In this document: positions 1 through 10,297 of the stretch, one piece after another
Numbering within the stretch: position 1 is the stretch's first letter
How the letters are laid out: the number at the start of each line of letters is the position of its first letter
Origin: Candidatus Saccharimonadota bacterium
GTDB lineage: Bacteria; Patescibacteriota; Gracilibacteria; BD1-5; UBA6164
Reading direction: 5' to 3'
Length of the DNA stretch: 32,000 nucleotides
NCBI GenBank assembly: GCA_004563595.2
Contig: CP042461.1
Location: 930,001 to 962,000 of the forward strand
The notes under the pieces: model-generated
Database searches by the model: none
Told to the model about the DNA's origin: nothing
The model's input: only the letters and a program-made list of their open reading frames with translations
Translations under genes and position numbers: made by a program

Positions 1-858
1 TGATGTAGCCGTTCAGTTGTAATATACTGCATTGCCTATACTTGGTTCTGCAGAACATGCATAAGATACAAGCTTTCCTCATAAGAGTAATACTGCAAAA
101 TTTTCTAAATCGTTATTATCACCTAAGTTTACTCAAGAGAGATAATTGTATTCTCCAGCACTTAAATCAGTTGATCCACTATAAGCAGAGTGTAGGTTTG
201 TTGTAAAATTTGCATAATTACCAGAAATATTACTTGTATTTACTCCTAAATCTTGCACTGTAAATAGAGTGTCATGTGTATCTACATGGAACGTTGATTC
301 CGCAGATAAATCTGCACCATCAGCATGAAGTGAAGGTGATGCATAGTATTTGTTATCACCTCAAATAACATAAAAACCATTATATTGTCATACTACCTTT
401 GGAAAAGTTGTTTCAGAGGCATAAGTAGAATTTGTGATATTATTTTGTTGTGTTACCTCAAAATCATACATAAGTTGATATTCCTTTTGATTCAAGGTTG
501 TTGAGTAATTCATATATTTTCAAGTCAATGGGTCTTCTGGGATTTTTGATATCCTCCCAACTTGTGTTTGTATAGAAGTAGCTACTTCTCATGTATGCCA
601 AAGGTTTGTTCCTGATGCTGTTACGAGTGTTGATGAGTCTGGAAGAGGGTACTTACCATACTTAATCACATGTAATTCTAATACATTTTTAATTGATTGC
701 ATATCAACTATTCTTGTAGAGTTTCTGGCTAATTTACTATATCATTGAAGTGATATAAAAGCGATTGTTCATAAAATAGCCAAAATAGTAATTGTAACGA
801 TCAATTCAACAAGGGTAAAAGCTTTAGTAGATCGATATGTTTTTTCAAGTATGTTCAT
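1..858 (-). CDS. Type IV pilin / pseudopilin-like protein (prepilin-type N-terminal methylation domain); the C-terminus runs off the left edge
   Basis: ATG at complement 858-856. The code-25 frame is open for all 286 codons down to position 1. The N-terminus MNILEKTYRSTKAFTLVELIVTITILAILGTIAFISLQGY has a short basic leader, the FTLVELIV motif (Glu at +5) and a hydrophobic helix, which is the class III prepilin signal. There are several in-frame TGA codons. Confidence 0.7.
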
Positions 859-974
859 AATAGTGCTCTATATTATATTCTTAAAATACTCAAATCATGT
901 TATAACAATTTGTACTAATTGCAAAAGTATTTCCTATAAATGATAGCTAAAGTATTATAAACAATAATAAAATA

Positions 975-1022
975 AAAAGTAAAGAGTATTTGGCTTTAAC
1001 TTACCAAATACTCTTTACTTTT
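975..1022 (-). terminator. Rho-independent terminator downstream of aspS
   Basis: Perfect 19-bp stem aaaagtaaagagtatttgg (975-993) / ccaaatactctttactttt (1004-1022) with a 10-nt loop. On the minus strand it is followed by a T-rich run. It lies 20 nt past the aspS stop. Confidence 0.6.
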
Positions 1023-1042
1023 CATGAAGATATGTTGAGATA

Positions 1043-2827
1043 TTATTCCTCTTCTTGAATAACTTCAATATGAAGTTCTGTTAATTGTTCATCATCTATA
1101 AATGAAGGCGCATTCATCATAGCATCTTGACCTTTTCATGATTTAGGAAAAGCATATACTTCCCTAATATTATGTTCATCCTTGAGAATCATCATAAATC
1201 TATCCATTCAGATAGCAAATCATCCATGTGGAGGAACTCCATATTGAAATGCTTCATACATAGCTCCAAATTTCTCTTGTACTTCTTCTTTTGTTCTTCC
1301 TACTGTTTCAAAAGCTTTTACAAGACTTTCAATATCATGATTACGGATTGAACCTGATAATATTTCATACCCGTTACAAGCAAGATCATATTGAACTGAT
1401 TTTACATCTAACAGATTTTCTTCATTAAATGCTTCTACTCAACCTTTTGGCATAGAGAATGGATTATGTCCAAAATCTATTTTTCCTGTTATTTCATTTT
1501 CTTCAAACATTGGGAAGTCTGTTACCCAACAAAATGCAAGTAAGTCTTTTGAAGCAAGATCCATGAGTTCTGCTAAGTGGATTCTAAATCTTCCCATATA
1601 ATCACAGACTAAATCTTTTTCTCAAGCTCAGAAGAATACTACATCTCAAACTTCAAGCTTTGTAACATTTACTATTTCTTGTAAATCAGCTTCTGTAAAG
1701 AATTTATTGAGAGGTCCTTTTAATCCATCTTCTTTCATTTGAAAATATCCAAGTCCTTTTGCTCCAAATTTTCTTACATAATTTTCAAATCCTTTCATTT
1801 GAGTTTTTGAAAATACATTATCTCCATTTGGAACTCTAATAGCTTTGATTCTGTTTGTTGTTTTATCACTTGCAATAGAAGAAAAAATTTCATTTGTACT
1901 TTTTGCAAAGATATCAATCACATCTACTAATTCTAATCCATATCTTAAATCTGGCTTATCTGAACCATATTTTTCCATTGCATCAGCATAACTCATAGAA
2001 TAAAACTTTGAATCAAGCACTTTTTTATCAGAGAGTTCTTTTACCGTATCAAACATAAAATCCTCTACTACTTTGAAGATATCTGATTGTTCAACAAAAC
2101 TCATTTCACAATCAATTTGATAAAATTCACAAGCATGCCTATCTGCCCTTGGGTCCTCATCTCTAAAACAAGGAGCAACTTGAAAGTATTTATCAATTCA
2201 TCCAACCATTAATAGTTGTTTATATTGTTGAGGTGCTTGAGGGAGTGCATAAAACTGCCCTGGATTTAATCTTGAAGGAATTACAAAATCTCTTGCTCCT
2301 TCTGGAGATGATGCTGTAAAGATAGGAGTTTGTACATCTAAAAAGTCTCTATCAGTAAACCAGTTTCTTGTAAAATTTAAGAATTTTGATCTGAATTTTA
2401 TATTGTCTAAAACTTTTTTTCTTCTGATATCAATATATCTATGTTTATATCTAATTTCTTCATTTGCCTCTTCTGTATGTTCATCAAGCTCAAATGGTGG
2501 AGTCTTAGATTTTGATAATAATACCACCTTTGAAACAATTATTTCAACTGCTCATGTAGTCATATTTTTATTTTCTTGCCCTTCTGGTCTTGACCTTACA
2601 GTCCCTTCTATTTGAATCACGAATTCACTTCTAAAAGTGTTTGCTAGTTCGTGAGAATCTGCATCATCTTCAGGGTCAAAAACAACTTGAGTCAAACCAT
2701 ACCTATCTCTCATATCAATAAAGATAATTCAACCATGATCTCTTCTATTACTTACCCAACCAGATAAAGTAATCGCTTCCCCTATATTTTCTTTTGTGAG
2801 TTCATTACACGTATGAGTTCTTAACAT
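1043..2827 (-). CDS. aspS: Aspartate--tRNA ligase (bacterial type)
   Basis: 595 codons, ATG at complement 2827-2825, TAA at 1045-1043. It joins the standard-code fragments 1646-2104 and 2198-2527 in one frame across TGA codons. N-terminus [32 protein letters not shown](G)[11 protein letters not shown]. The motif 3 region is YGVPPHG(G)FAI(G)MDRFMMIL...AFPKS, where (G) marks a TGA at an invariant Gly. Confidence 0.95.
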
Positions 2828-3021
2828 AAGATTTCTTATCAATTATAAAAATTAAAAATCCACCTAAGTATATAAAAAATCAGAAAAAATCAAGAGAATA
2901 ATCAAGCTTATTTCACAAATATAAATAATTTATAACAATAAATGTAGTTATTTATTGACAATTTAAAATAGATATAGTATCGTATATCTATCAACTAAAA
3001 TATTTTTCTAAAAGAACACAG

Positions 3022-4185
3022 ATGCCTAGTATATTCTATGAAATTTTTAATAAACATATTGATCTCAATGCAAAAGGGCTCAGAAAAATCAAAGGTGCTC
3101 TTGACCAATTATTTAAAGAGTTAGCTGAAAAATCTGATATTGATAACTTAAAAGTTACTAGAAATAGATTAGAAATCCTTCTTCATGAAAAATGAAAAAA
3201 AGCTGATAAAAAAGGAAAAAAGGACTTGAGAGCTTTGTATGTTATTCTTGACGAAATCAATGATTTTATAGAAGAAAAGGAAAAAGTAAAAAAAGATTCT
3301 ATAGAACTTGTGGATGTTGTTAAAAAAGTAGAAAATAAATATAAGGTTTGTAAAAATGTAAAAGAAGAAAAAAGAGGTAAATATATTCAAACTTGTGTAA
3401 AACAAGAAACAATTGATTATGAAAAAGAACTTATACAATTACAAGTTGAGTTGTTAAAACTTCAAAAACATATCAAAGAAAAAGGTGAAAAGCTTCTTAT
3501 CATCTTTGAATGAAGAGATGCAGCTTGAAAATGAGGAACTATTAAAAGATTCAGAGAATATTTAAATCCAAGATGAGCAAGAGTAGTTGCTCTTGAAAAA
3601 CCAACAGATTTAGAAAAATCACAATGGTATTTTCAAAGATATGTAAATCATCTTCCAAGTGGTTGAGAAATGGCATTCTTTGATAGAAGTTGGTATAATA
3701 GAGCATGAGTGGAACCAGTAATGGGATTTGTAAATAAAAATGATTATAATAAATTCCTTACTGATGTCCCATTATTCGAAAAAATGCTTATTGATTCAGG
3801 AACAAAAATAATTAAGTTTTATTTTTCAGTTTCAAAATCAGAACAAGCAAAAAGATTTGATTCAAGAAGAACCAACCCCTTAAAACAATTTAAACTATCT
3901 CCTATTGATCAATTCTCTCAAGAATTATGGTGAAAATATTCACTTGCTGAATATAAAAATTTCTCTACAACTCACTCAAAACATGCTCCATGGACACTTG
4001 TAAAAAGTGATGACAAGAAAAAAGCGAGAGTAAATGCAATTAAATATGTATTAAATCAATTTGATTATGAAGATAAAATTGATAAAAAAGCATTAAAGCT
4101 TGATCCAGAAATAGTTTATGATGGAGAAGAAAAAGTAAGAAGATTATCTGAAGAAATTGATATAAAAAAAGATTTATTTGAATAA
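3022..4185 (+). CDS. ppk2: Polyphosphate kinase 2 family protein with a long N-terminal coiled-coil extension
   Basis: 388 codons. It joins ORFs 3226-3513 and 3709-3933 in one frame. The hallmark is LLIIFE(G)RDAA(G)K(G)GTIKRF...LNPR(G)ARVVAL..P...E....YFQRY...LPSG(G)EMAFFDRSWYNRA(G)VEPVMGF. Three Walker A glycines are encoded by TGA. Stop is TAA at 4183-4185. Confidence 0.9.
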
Positions 4186-4188
4186 AAA

Positions 4189-4353
4189 AAATAACCCATC
4201 CCCCTACGGGTACTTCCCTTAAATTAAGGGAAGACTGAAAATAACAATTTAAGAAAGAGTTTTAAAAAGCATATATTATTCAAAATATATGCTTTTTAAG
4301 TGCTAGTCTTCCATTCGTATGAAGGGAAGTACCCGTAGGGGGATGGGTTATTT
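4189..4353. repeat. Nested palindromic element (32-bp perfect inverted arms plus inner stems) filling the ppk2/lexA convergent spacer
   Basis: The left arm aaataacccatccccctacgggtacttccctt (4189-4220) is the exact reverse complement of 4322-4353. A second tier ggaagact (about 4229-4236) pairs with agtcttcc (4305-4312). The central hairpin is ttaaaaagcatatat / atatatgctttttaa (about 4262-4299). The arms are markedly GC-richer than the surrounding sequence. Confidence 0.85.
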
Positions 4354-4360
4354 CTTTATT

Positions 4361-4990
4361 CTAAAAATTAAATACGTCCACAACTTTCCCGTTCACTCTT
4401 ACATTATCGTCTTCTGACAAGATAATTGGTTTATGGTAGTCGTCATTTGAATCTGGAAGAAGATAGAGAGTTCCTCCATCTTTTTTATATTTTTTAATGG
4501 TAGCAGAATTATTTACTATAAATAGAAATGCATCTTGTTCATTAGGTGTAGATTCTTCTTTTTTTACGAGTATGTAACTTCAGTTATTAATGTTTTTCTC
4601 ATTTACTACAAAATTATTCATAGATGTCCCCTCTATTCTTAAGACAAAATAGTTTGATTCATCTCATGAAATAATATTCTTTGAGATTGGTAAAACTCCA
4701 TAATCACTTTCTGCTGCCTCAACAAGAGGAGTTCAAGCATTCGCATACCCCAGTATAGGGATATTTAGTGTTGTTTGAAATCATACTGAGTTTCAAAGCT
4801 TAATAGATCTAAATCAAAATCACCTGGTTAAAAATCATTTTTTTTCTAGTACTTCAAGGTATTGAGTTACTCCCCTTTTAGATTTTTGATTTAATAGGTT
4901 TTTCAACTCCTCAATTGTTGGAGATTTTCCATATTTTGAGATAAACTCTGTAATAGTATCTAGAACGAATTGTTGTTTTTCTGTAAGCAT
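4361..4990 (-). CDS. lexA: LexA repressor (wHTH plus S24 autopeptidase)
   Basis: 210 codons, ATG at complement 4990-4988, TAG at 4363-4361. MLTEKQQFVLDTITEFISKYGKSPTIEELKNLL...RGVTQYLEVLEKK(G)FL is a LexA-type DNA-binding domain. ANA(G)TPL matches the Ala-Gly self-cleavage site. RIEGTSMN matches the catalytic Ser and ATIKKY the catalytic Lys. Confidence 0.85.
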
Positions 4991-5008
4991 ATTCTTATAG
5001 TTATTATA

Positions 5009-5028
5009 TACTGTATATAGATAGTGTA
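5009..5028. promoter_or_regulatory. Candidate LexA operator (SOS-box-like imperfect palindrome) in the lexA promoter
   Basis: The sequence tactgtatatagatagtgta lies 19-38 nt upstream of the lexA ATG. One half matches the CTGT-N8-ACAG type box, and overall 7 of 10 positions are palindromic. Confidence 0.35.
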
Positions 5029-5074
5029 TATATTTTTATATGCAAGTCAAATATTTTCAAAAAAAAATGTATTT

Positions 5075-5096
5075 TTCTTACTTTGTTCTTACTTTG
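5075..5096 (+). promoter_or_regulatory. Site 1 of the 11-bp-phased direct repeat TTCTTAC-N4-TTCTTAC (candidate OmpR-family response-regulator box)
   Basis: ttcttactttg ttcttactttg is a perfect tandem of an 11-bp unit. It lies about 98 nt upstream of the ATG at 5191 and in the same orientation as that gene. Confidence 0.5.
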
Positions 5097-5190
5097 AATA
5101 TTTAACATATATAGTGTTAAGTATTATTTCTTAAACTTATTAAGGCTATTCTCTGTTATTATTTATTATTTTATATGTAACTATCATATT

Positions 5191-6444
5191 ATGAAAAAAT
5201 TAATATCACTTATATCAGCTCTTGCTCTGATAGTCTCATTTTCTTTTTCAGCTGTTTTTGCTGACCATAACTACTGACACAGTAAAAAAATAGAAAAAAC
5301 TGAGAAAAAAGTAAACAAAGCAAGTAAAAAAGCTTTAAAAGCTCTTGAAAAAAATAAAATAAAAAAATCTGCTAGATGAGAAAGAATTAAAAAGAAACTC
5401 AAAAAAGCTTTAAACAAAAGGTTTAAAAAGCTTGATAAATATTCTGTTGAAAAACAACTTGAAATCTATAACAGATTAAATGAAAGAATTGATCTACTCA
5501 TTGAAAGAAGTGGTGATAATGCTCTTCACTCTGCAGTATTTGAAATATTAAGAGAAATTGTCGATGCTAAAATTGCAGAGTTAACATGAACCTGATCGAT
5601 AGATGAAGATGACATTATAGATGATGTTGTTAATGGTGATGATGAAGATGAAGATGAAGACGAAGATGAGGACGAAGACGAAGACGAAGATGAAGATGAA
5701 GATGAAGGTGAAGGTGAAGGTGAAGATGAAGGTGAAGATGAAGGTGAAGGTGAAGGTGAAGGTGAAGGTGAAGATGAAGATGAAGGTGAAGGTGAAGATG
5801 AAGGTGAAGGTGAAGATGAAGGTGAAACAGAGGCTAGAGAAGCTATAGATGATGCAGCTGAAGAAATAACTAAAGCTGAAGATGCTATAAGCGAAGCCCA
5901 AGAAGACGGAAGAGAAACTGGAGCATCTGAACAATTAGTTGAGGAAGCAAAAGAAGCTCTTGAAGATGCAGAAGCTAAATTCGATGCAGGTGAATTTGAA
6001 GAAGCTGAAGATCTTGCTGATATAGCTGATGATTTAGCAAAAGATGCAAGATTAGAATACCTGTGAGAAACAGTTGAAGAACTTGAGGCAGATAGAGCAG
6101 ATGAAAATTTAGAAACAGAAGCTCAGGAAGCTATAGATAGTGCAACTGAAGAAATAACTGAATCTGAGGAGGCTATAGCAGAAGCTCAAGAAGATGATAG
6201 AGAAACTGGAGCATCTGAACAATTAGTTGAAGAAGCGAAAGAAGCTCTTGAAGATGCACAAACTAAATTTGATGCAGGTGAATTTGAAGAGGCTGAAGAT
6301 CTTGCTGAAGAAGCCCATGATTTAGCAAGAGATGCAAGACTAGAATACCTCTGAGAAACAGTCGAAGAACTTGAAGAAGATAGAACAGAAGATGAAGATG
6401 AAGATACAGGTACGGGAACTACAAGTACATGAACGACTAATTAG
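5191..6444 (+). CDS. Exported, extremely acidic repeat protein (signal peptide, Lys-rich helix, DE/GE low-complexity tract, two 91-aa helical repeats)
   Basis: 418 codons. Signal peptide MKKLISLISALALIVSFSFSAVFA|DH. A 63-codon run of (D/E/G)E follows. The module E..EAID.A.EEIT..E.AI.EAQED.RETGASEQLVEEAKEALEDA..KFDAGEFEEAEDLA..A.DLA.DARLEYL(G)ETVEEL..DR then occurs twice. Stop is TAG at 6442-6444. Confidence 0.8.
5638..5826 (+). repeat. Hexanucleotide (GAAGAT / GAAGGT / GAAGAC) microsatellite-like tract encoding the DE/GE run
   Basis: Read directly as gat gat gaa gat gaa gat gaa gac ... gaa ggt gaa ggt ... for 63 codons. This tract also generates the spurious ORFs 5581-5934(-) and 5621-5848(+) in the ORF track. 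Confidence 0.9.
5824..6384 (+). repeat. Two 273-nt in-frame near-tandem repeats (5824-6096 and 6112-6384) inside the acidic protein gene
   Basis: The two copies align codon for codon with mostly synonymous or conservative differences. Both carry TGA at the same position (LEYL-G-ETVEEL). Confidence 0.85.
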
Positions 6445-6451
6445 TTTCAAT

Positions 6452-6483
6452 AAAAAAAAGATCCCAAGGGATCTTTTTTTGTT
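6452..6483 (+). terminator. Rho-independent terminator
   Basis: The sequence aaaaaaagatccc aa gggatcttttttt has an A-run, a GC-containing stem and a T-run. It starts 8 nt after the stop codon. Confidence 0.7.
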
Positions 6484-6543
6484 TTTCTTTATCATTTCAA
6501 AATTATCTATATAATTAACCTTGTGTTTATAATATACAAGAAT

Positions 6544-7842
6544 ATGCCTTATTCAAATGTCATACAAATAGTAAACAAACTCCACACAATATGAAAACAA
6601 ACATATATTGTAGGGGGCTATTGTCGTGACTCTATCTTGGAATTACAACTTGATTGAGATATAGATTTAGCTACCAATGCTCTTCCTGAAGAAATTGAAG
6701 ATAGTCTCAAAACCATTGCACATATCGGAAAAAAATATGGAACATCCATTATAAACGAATGAAACGAGTATTATGAAATCACTACTTTTAGAAAAGATAT
6801 ATGATCAATAAATAATAGAAAACCTGCTGAAGTAGAATTTACTGACAAATTAGAAGAAGATGCAAAAAGAAGAGACTTTACTATGAATGCAATCTATTAT
6901 AACCCAATAAAAAGTGAATACATTGACCCAACTTGAGGTATCAAAGACTTAGAAAATTGAATTATTCGATTCATCTGAAACAAAGAAGATAGAATAGACG
7001 AAGATGCTCTGAGAATCCTCAGATATATTAGATTTAAAAATAAATATAACCTAGAAGCCGCAAAGAATACATACACAGATACATTAAAACGTAAGATACA
7101 TTTATTGCAAAATATATCGATAGAAAGAATCAAAGATGAGCTAGATAAAATACTGCTACTAGAAAATAATATCCAAGCCTTAAAAGATTTAAAAGAAATA
7201 TGATTTTTTACATTATTTTTAACTGAAATTGAAGCTCTAGAAAATACCCCTGGGTCTAAATATCACCAAGAATGAAATGTATGGATTCATACACTTATGA
7301 CTCTCAAGTATTTAAATTGACTGAGAAAAAAATCAAAGAAAGATGCTAGTTATTTTCTAGACCTATACTGGGCTATGTTATTTCATGATATAGCAAAAAC
7401 TGAGTGTCTGAGTACAGATTCTGATTGAAATGTTCATTACTATGGTCATGAAAACTCTGGCTCAGAAATATTCAGATCAAAAATTGCACAAGAATTGAGA
7501 TTCTCTACATCATCAAAAAATAGAATATCTTGGATAATAGAAAATCACCTCAAAGTATTCAAGGTCATGGAAATGAAAAAACTAAAAAGTAGAAAGCTAA
7601 TGATGCATAAGTACTTCACAGATCTCATGATTATTTGAGAATCTGATCATATGTGAAGGATTCCTGCAACAATAGATGTTGTTGATAGATTAAAAGAGTT
7701 TTACTCTGATTTTCAAGAAATACTCTCAAAAAAAACTTTTTTTACTGGAAAAGATATCATGAAGAAGTATCCTCACCTTCAATGAATTGCTATATGAAAT
7801 AAACTCAGAGAAGAAAATGATAAAATATTAATATCGGATTAA
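6544..7842 (+). CDS. cca: CCA-adding enzyme / tRNA nucleotidyltransferase (PolyA-pol head plus HD domain)
   Basis: 433 codons. Conserved motifs are YIVGGYCRDSIL....D(G)DIDLAT, KRRDFTMNAIYY, DP.(G)GI.DL.N(G)IIRFI(G)...RI.EDALRILRYIRF and an HD region LFHDIAK...HYYGHE. There are many in-frame TGA codons. Stop is TAA at 7840-7842. Confidence 0.85.
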
Positions 7843-7852
7843 AATTCAAAAG

Positions 7853-7870
7853 CTCTTACATTATTCTTAC
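7853..7870 (+). promoter_or_regulatory. Site 2 of the YTCTTAC-N4-TTCTTAC direct repeat, upstream of the response-regulator gene (candidate autoregulation)
   Basis: The sequence ctcttac atta ttcttac has 11-bp phasing. It ends 45 nt upstream of the ATG at 7916, and a tataat hexamer lies at 7893-7898. Confidence 0.5.
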
Positions 7871-7915
7871 ATAAGTTATTTACTATTACTACTATAATAA
7901 TTAATAATCCTATAT

Positions 7916-8572
7916 ATGAAAATACTCATCGTAGAAGATAATGAAATTCTCTCTCAGAATATTGCCACATATTTGAAATTAGAAAATATTCAATCAAAGC
8001 AGTTATTTGAGTGAGGACAAGTAAATTATGAACTTACCATGAATAATTATGATTTGGTTATTCTTGATTTATGACTCCCTGATATAGACTGACTTGATAT
8101 ATGTAAAAAGATAAGAGGTAGTGAAAAAAATATACCTATACTTATGCTCACAGCAAGAAACACTACACAAGATAAAATATCAGGATTTCAGTCTGGATCA
8201 GATGATTATTTAACAAAACCATTTGATTATGAGGAATTACTCATGAGAATACATGCTCTCATAAGAAGAAATTTTACAGTGAAAAGTAATAAAATAAATA
8301 TATGAGATATAGAATTAAATATTGCTGATAAAAAAGTCTCTCTACAATGAGAAGAGGTACATCTCAGTAATTTAGAAATTGACTTGATCATATATCTCGT
8401 TCAAAATAAATGAAAAGTAATATCAAAAGAGGAGTTATTAGAAAAAGTATGGTGAGAATATGATGCTTATAGTATGAGTAGAACTGTTGACGTATACATA
8501 TGATATCTCAGAAAAAAACTTGGAAAAGATTTAATAGAAACTATCAGAGGTCAATGATACCTTATTCGTTAA
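7916..8572 (+). CDS. OmpR/PhoB-family response regulator (receiver plus winged-helix)
   Basis: 219 codons. MKILIVEDNE...LVILDL(G)LPDID(G)L...PILMLTA....D...G...G.DDYLTKPF matches a receiver domain. The C-terminus ...LS..E.DL..YL..N.(G)KV.SKEELL.KVW(G)....S..RTVDVYI(G)YLRKKL matches a trans_reg_C winged helix. By hand count about 10 of 16 Gly codons are TGA. Confidence 0.9.
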
Positions 8573-8586
8573 AATTTCATACGAGA

Positions 8587-9774
8587 ATGGAAAATTATAG
8601 ATTATTAGAAAAACATAGAAAAAAACTCAGTATATATTTTGCATTATTTATACTCTTTTCACTTTGGATCACTGAAGGAATCTTCTTGTTATCAAATTAT
8701 GTTACTCACAATATTGAATTAGAGGGCAAACTTGAAACAAGAATAGTCTGAGTAAAAAATATTATCTCAAATAAATGAGAATATTTACAAAAAATTGAAT
8801 CAAATGATTATACTATTAAAGTAATTCTTGAAAAAACCCTCGATTGAGTAACCATTATTGAGAATTGAGATCGAATCTTAGGTAATATTAATCATGAAAT
8901 TTTTATAGATCAAGGAGAAATACTCAATAGTACTCAATATAAATTTTATCAAGAAAATTTTATACTCAACTGAAATGATTATACTGTTATTATTCAATCT
9001 TTTAATGAGTATTCATACTATAAACTCGGAAAAGAATATTGATATTTTATAATATTTTCCCTTCCCTTCATGATATTTTTCTATTTCATTTGATACATAT
9101 TTGTTTGAAAGAACTTTCGACCAATAAAAGAAACTATTTCATCTCTTGAGACTTTTAGTGCAAATATTAATCATGAAATGAAAACTCCACTTGCTGAAAT
9201 CATTTCAACACTGAGTTTAGCAAAGAAATTAAAAGGAAATTATGATGAAGCAATTAACCAAAGCTTAAAATCATCAAAGAAATTAAATAAGATACTTGAT
9301 TCAATGTTATGAATCATTAACTTAGTCGATTCATCATATAAACAGGAGAAAATTGACTTAGTGTCTGAACTGAAAGAAATTATCAAAGAAAACAAAACCA
9401 AAGCTGAGAAAAAAAATATAAAAATAAAAACTGATTTTATGAATAAGTCGTATACTATTCATATCAATAAAGAACATTATCACATATGTGTTTGAAATAT
9501 TCTCAAAAATGCCATTAAGTATTCACATGATAATTCTAAAATAAAGATAAAATTTGAGGATTGAAAAATAGAGGTTACTGACTTTGGAGTTTGAATAGAA
9601 GAGAAAAATTTAAAAAATATTTTTAACAGATATTTTAGAGAGGACTACATTAAAGAAGAATGATCATGACTTTGACTCGCTCTGGTTAAAAAGATAGTTG
9701 ATATGCACTTATGGAAAATAGAAATAGAGAGTAAAAAAGATAAATGAACAAAAGTAACATTAACTATTGTGTAA
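8587..9774 (+). CDS. Sensor histidine kinase (two TM segments flanking a ~115-aa extracytoplasmic domain; HisKA plus HATPase_c)
   Basis: 396 codons, starting 14 nt after the response-regulator stop. H-box NINHEMKTPLAEI, N-box NILKNAIKYS, G1 VTDF(G)V(G)I, G2 E(G)S(G)L(G)LALVKKIV. The G2 glycines are encoded by TGA. Confidence 0.9.
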
Positions 9775-9802
9775 AATTTAAAACTCTAATTTTAAAAAAT
9801 TA

Positions 9803-10252
9803 ATGAAAAATATAATATATATTATCCCCTTACTATTCCTTTTTTGATGTTCATATATTAATGAGGAGCAAGTTATTCAAAGTAAGAGCCCAGAAACAAA
9901 TATAGATTCATTTTTATGACTCACAGATACAGATTCTGATAATATAAAAGATATTAATCTAGTAGATACCAGTACATGAAAAGCTTGAACAGAAATACCA
10001 AAAAGAACGAGTCCGGATGATATCAAGGACAATACTGATTTAAATGAAATATGAGATGATACATCAGAAGAAAAAAAAGAAACCCCTGATACTCAAATAG
10101 TTGAAACCGAACTTGTCAAAATAGAAAATATAGAAATTGAAGTAGATGATACTTTAGTTCAAGAAACTGATGAAGAAGCAACTATCATTGAAGAATTTAC
10201 AGATGAAGACATAGAAGAATTAATTGATATTTTATTTGAGACATCAAGTTAA
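9803..10252 (+). CDS. Small acidic lipoprotein
   Basis: 150 codons. MKNIIYIIPLLFLF(G)CSY contains the lipobox LF-G-C, and its Gly is a TGA codon. The mature part is strongly acidic (DTDSD, EEFTDEDIEELIDILFE). It starts 28 nt after the kinase stop. Confidence 0.7.
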
Positions 10253-10297
10253 ACCAATCTATTATATAAACAAAATACTTCCAATAATTATAAAATC

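Noticed and set aside
1646-3933. Fragmented ORFs (1646-2104, 2198-2527, 3226-3513, 3709-3933 and others) could be read as pseudogenes or heavy frameshift/nonsense decay.
   Set aside because: All fragments of each gene lie in the same frame and are separated only by TGA, never TAA or TAG. The TGA codons coincide with conserved glycines, so this is recoding rather than decay.
4950-4975. GAAC-N4/5-GTTx-like sequence (agaacgaattgttg) as a Gram-positive-type LexA box.
   Set aside because: The second half-site does not match (TGTT/GTTG instead of GTTC), and the sequence lies inside the lexA coding region.
5581-5934. Long ORFs on both strands (5581-5934 minus, FTF repeats; 5621-5848 plus, MKMK/VKVK repeats).
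   Set aside because: These are frame and strand shadows of the GAAGAT/GAAGGT hexamer tract. The real frame is the DE/GE run, which is continuous with the signal peptide and the downstream repeats.
5638-6384. Whether the regular short repeats are a CRISPR array.
   Set aside because: The units are 6 nt (codon pairs) or 273 nt, in frame within a CDS, with no repeat-spacer architecture. No cas genes are present.
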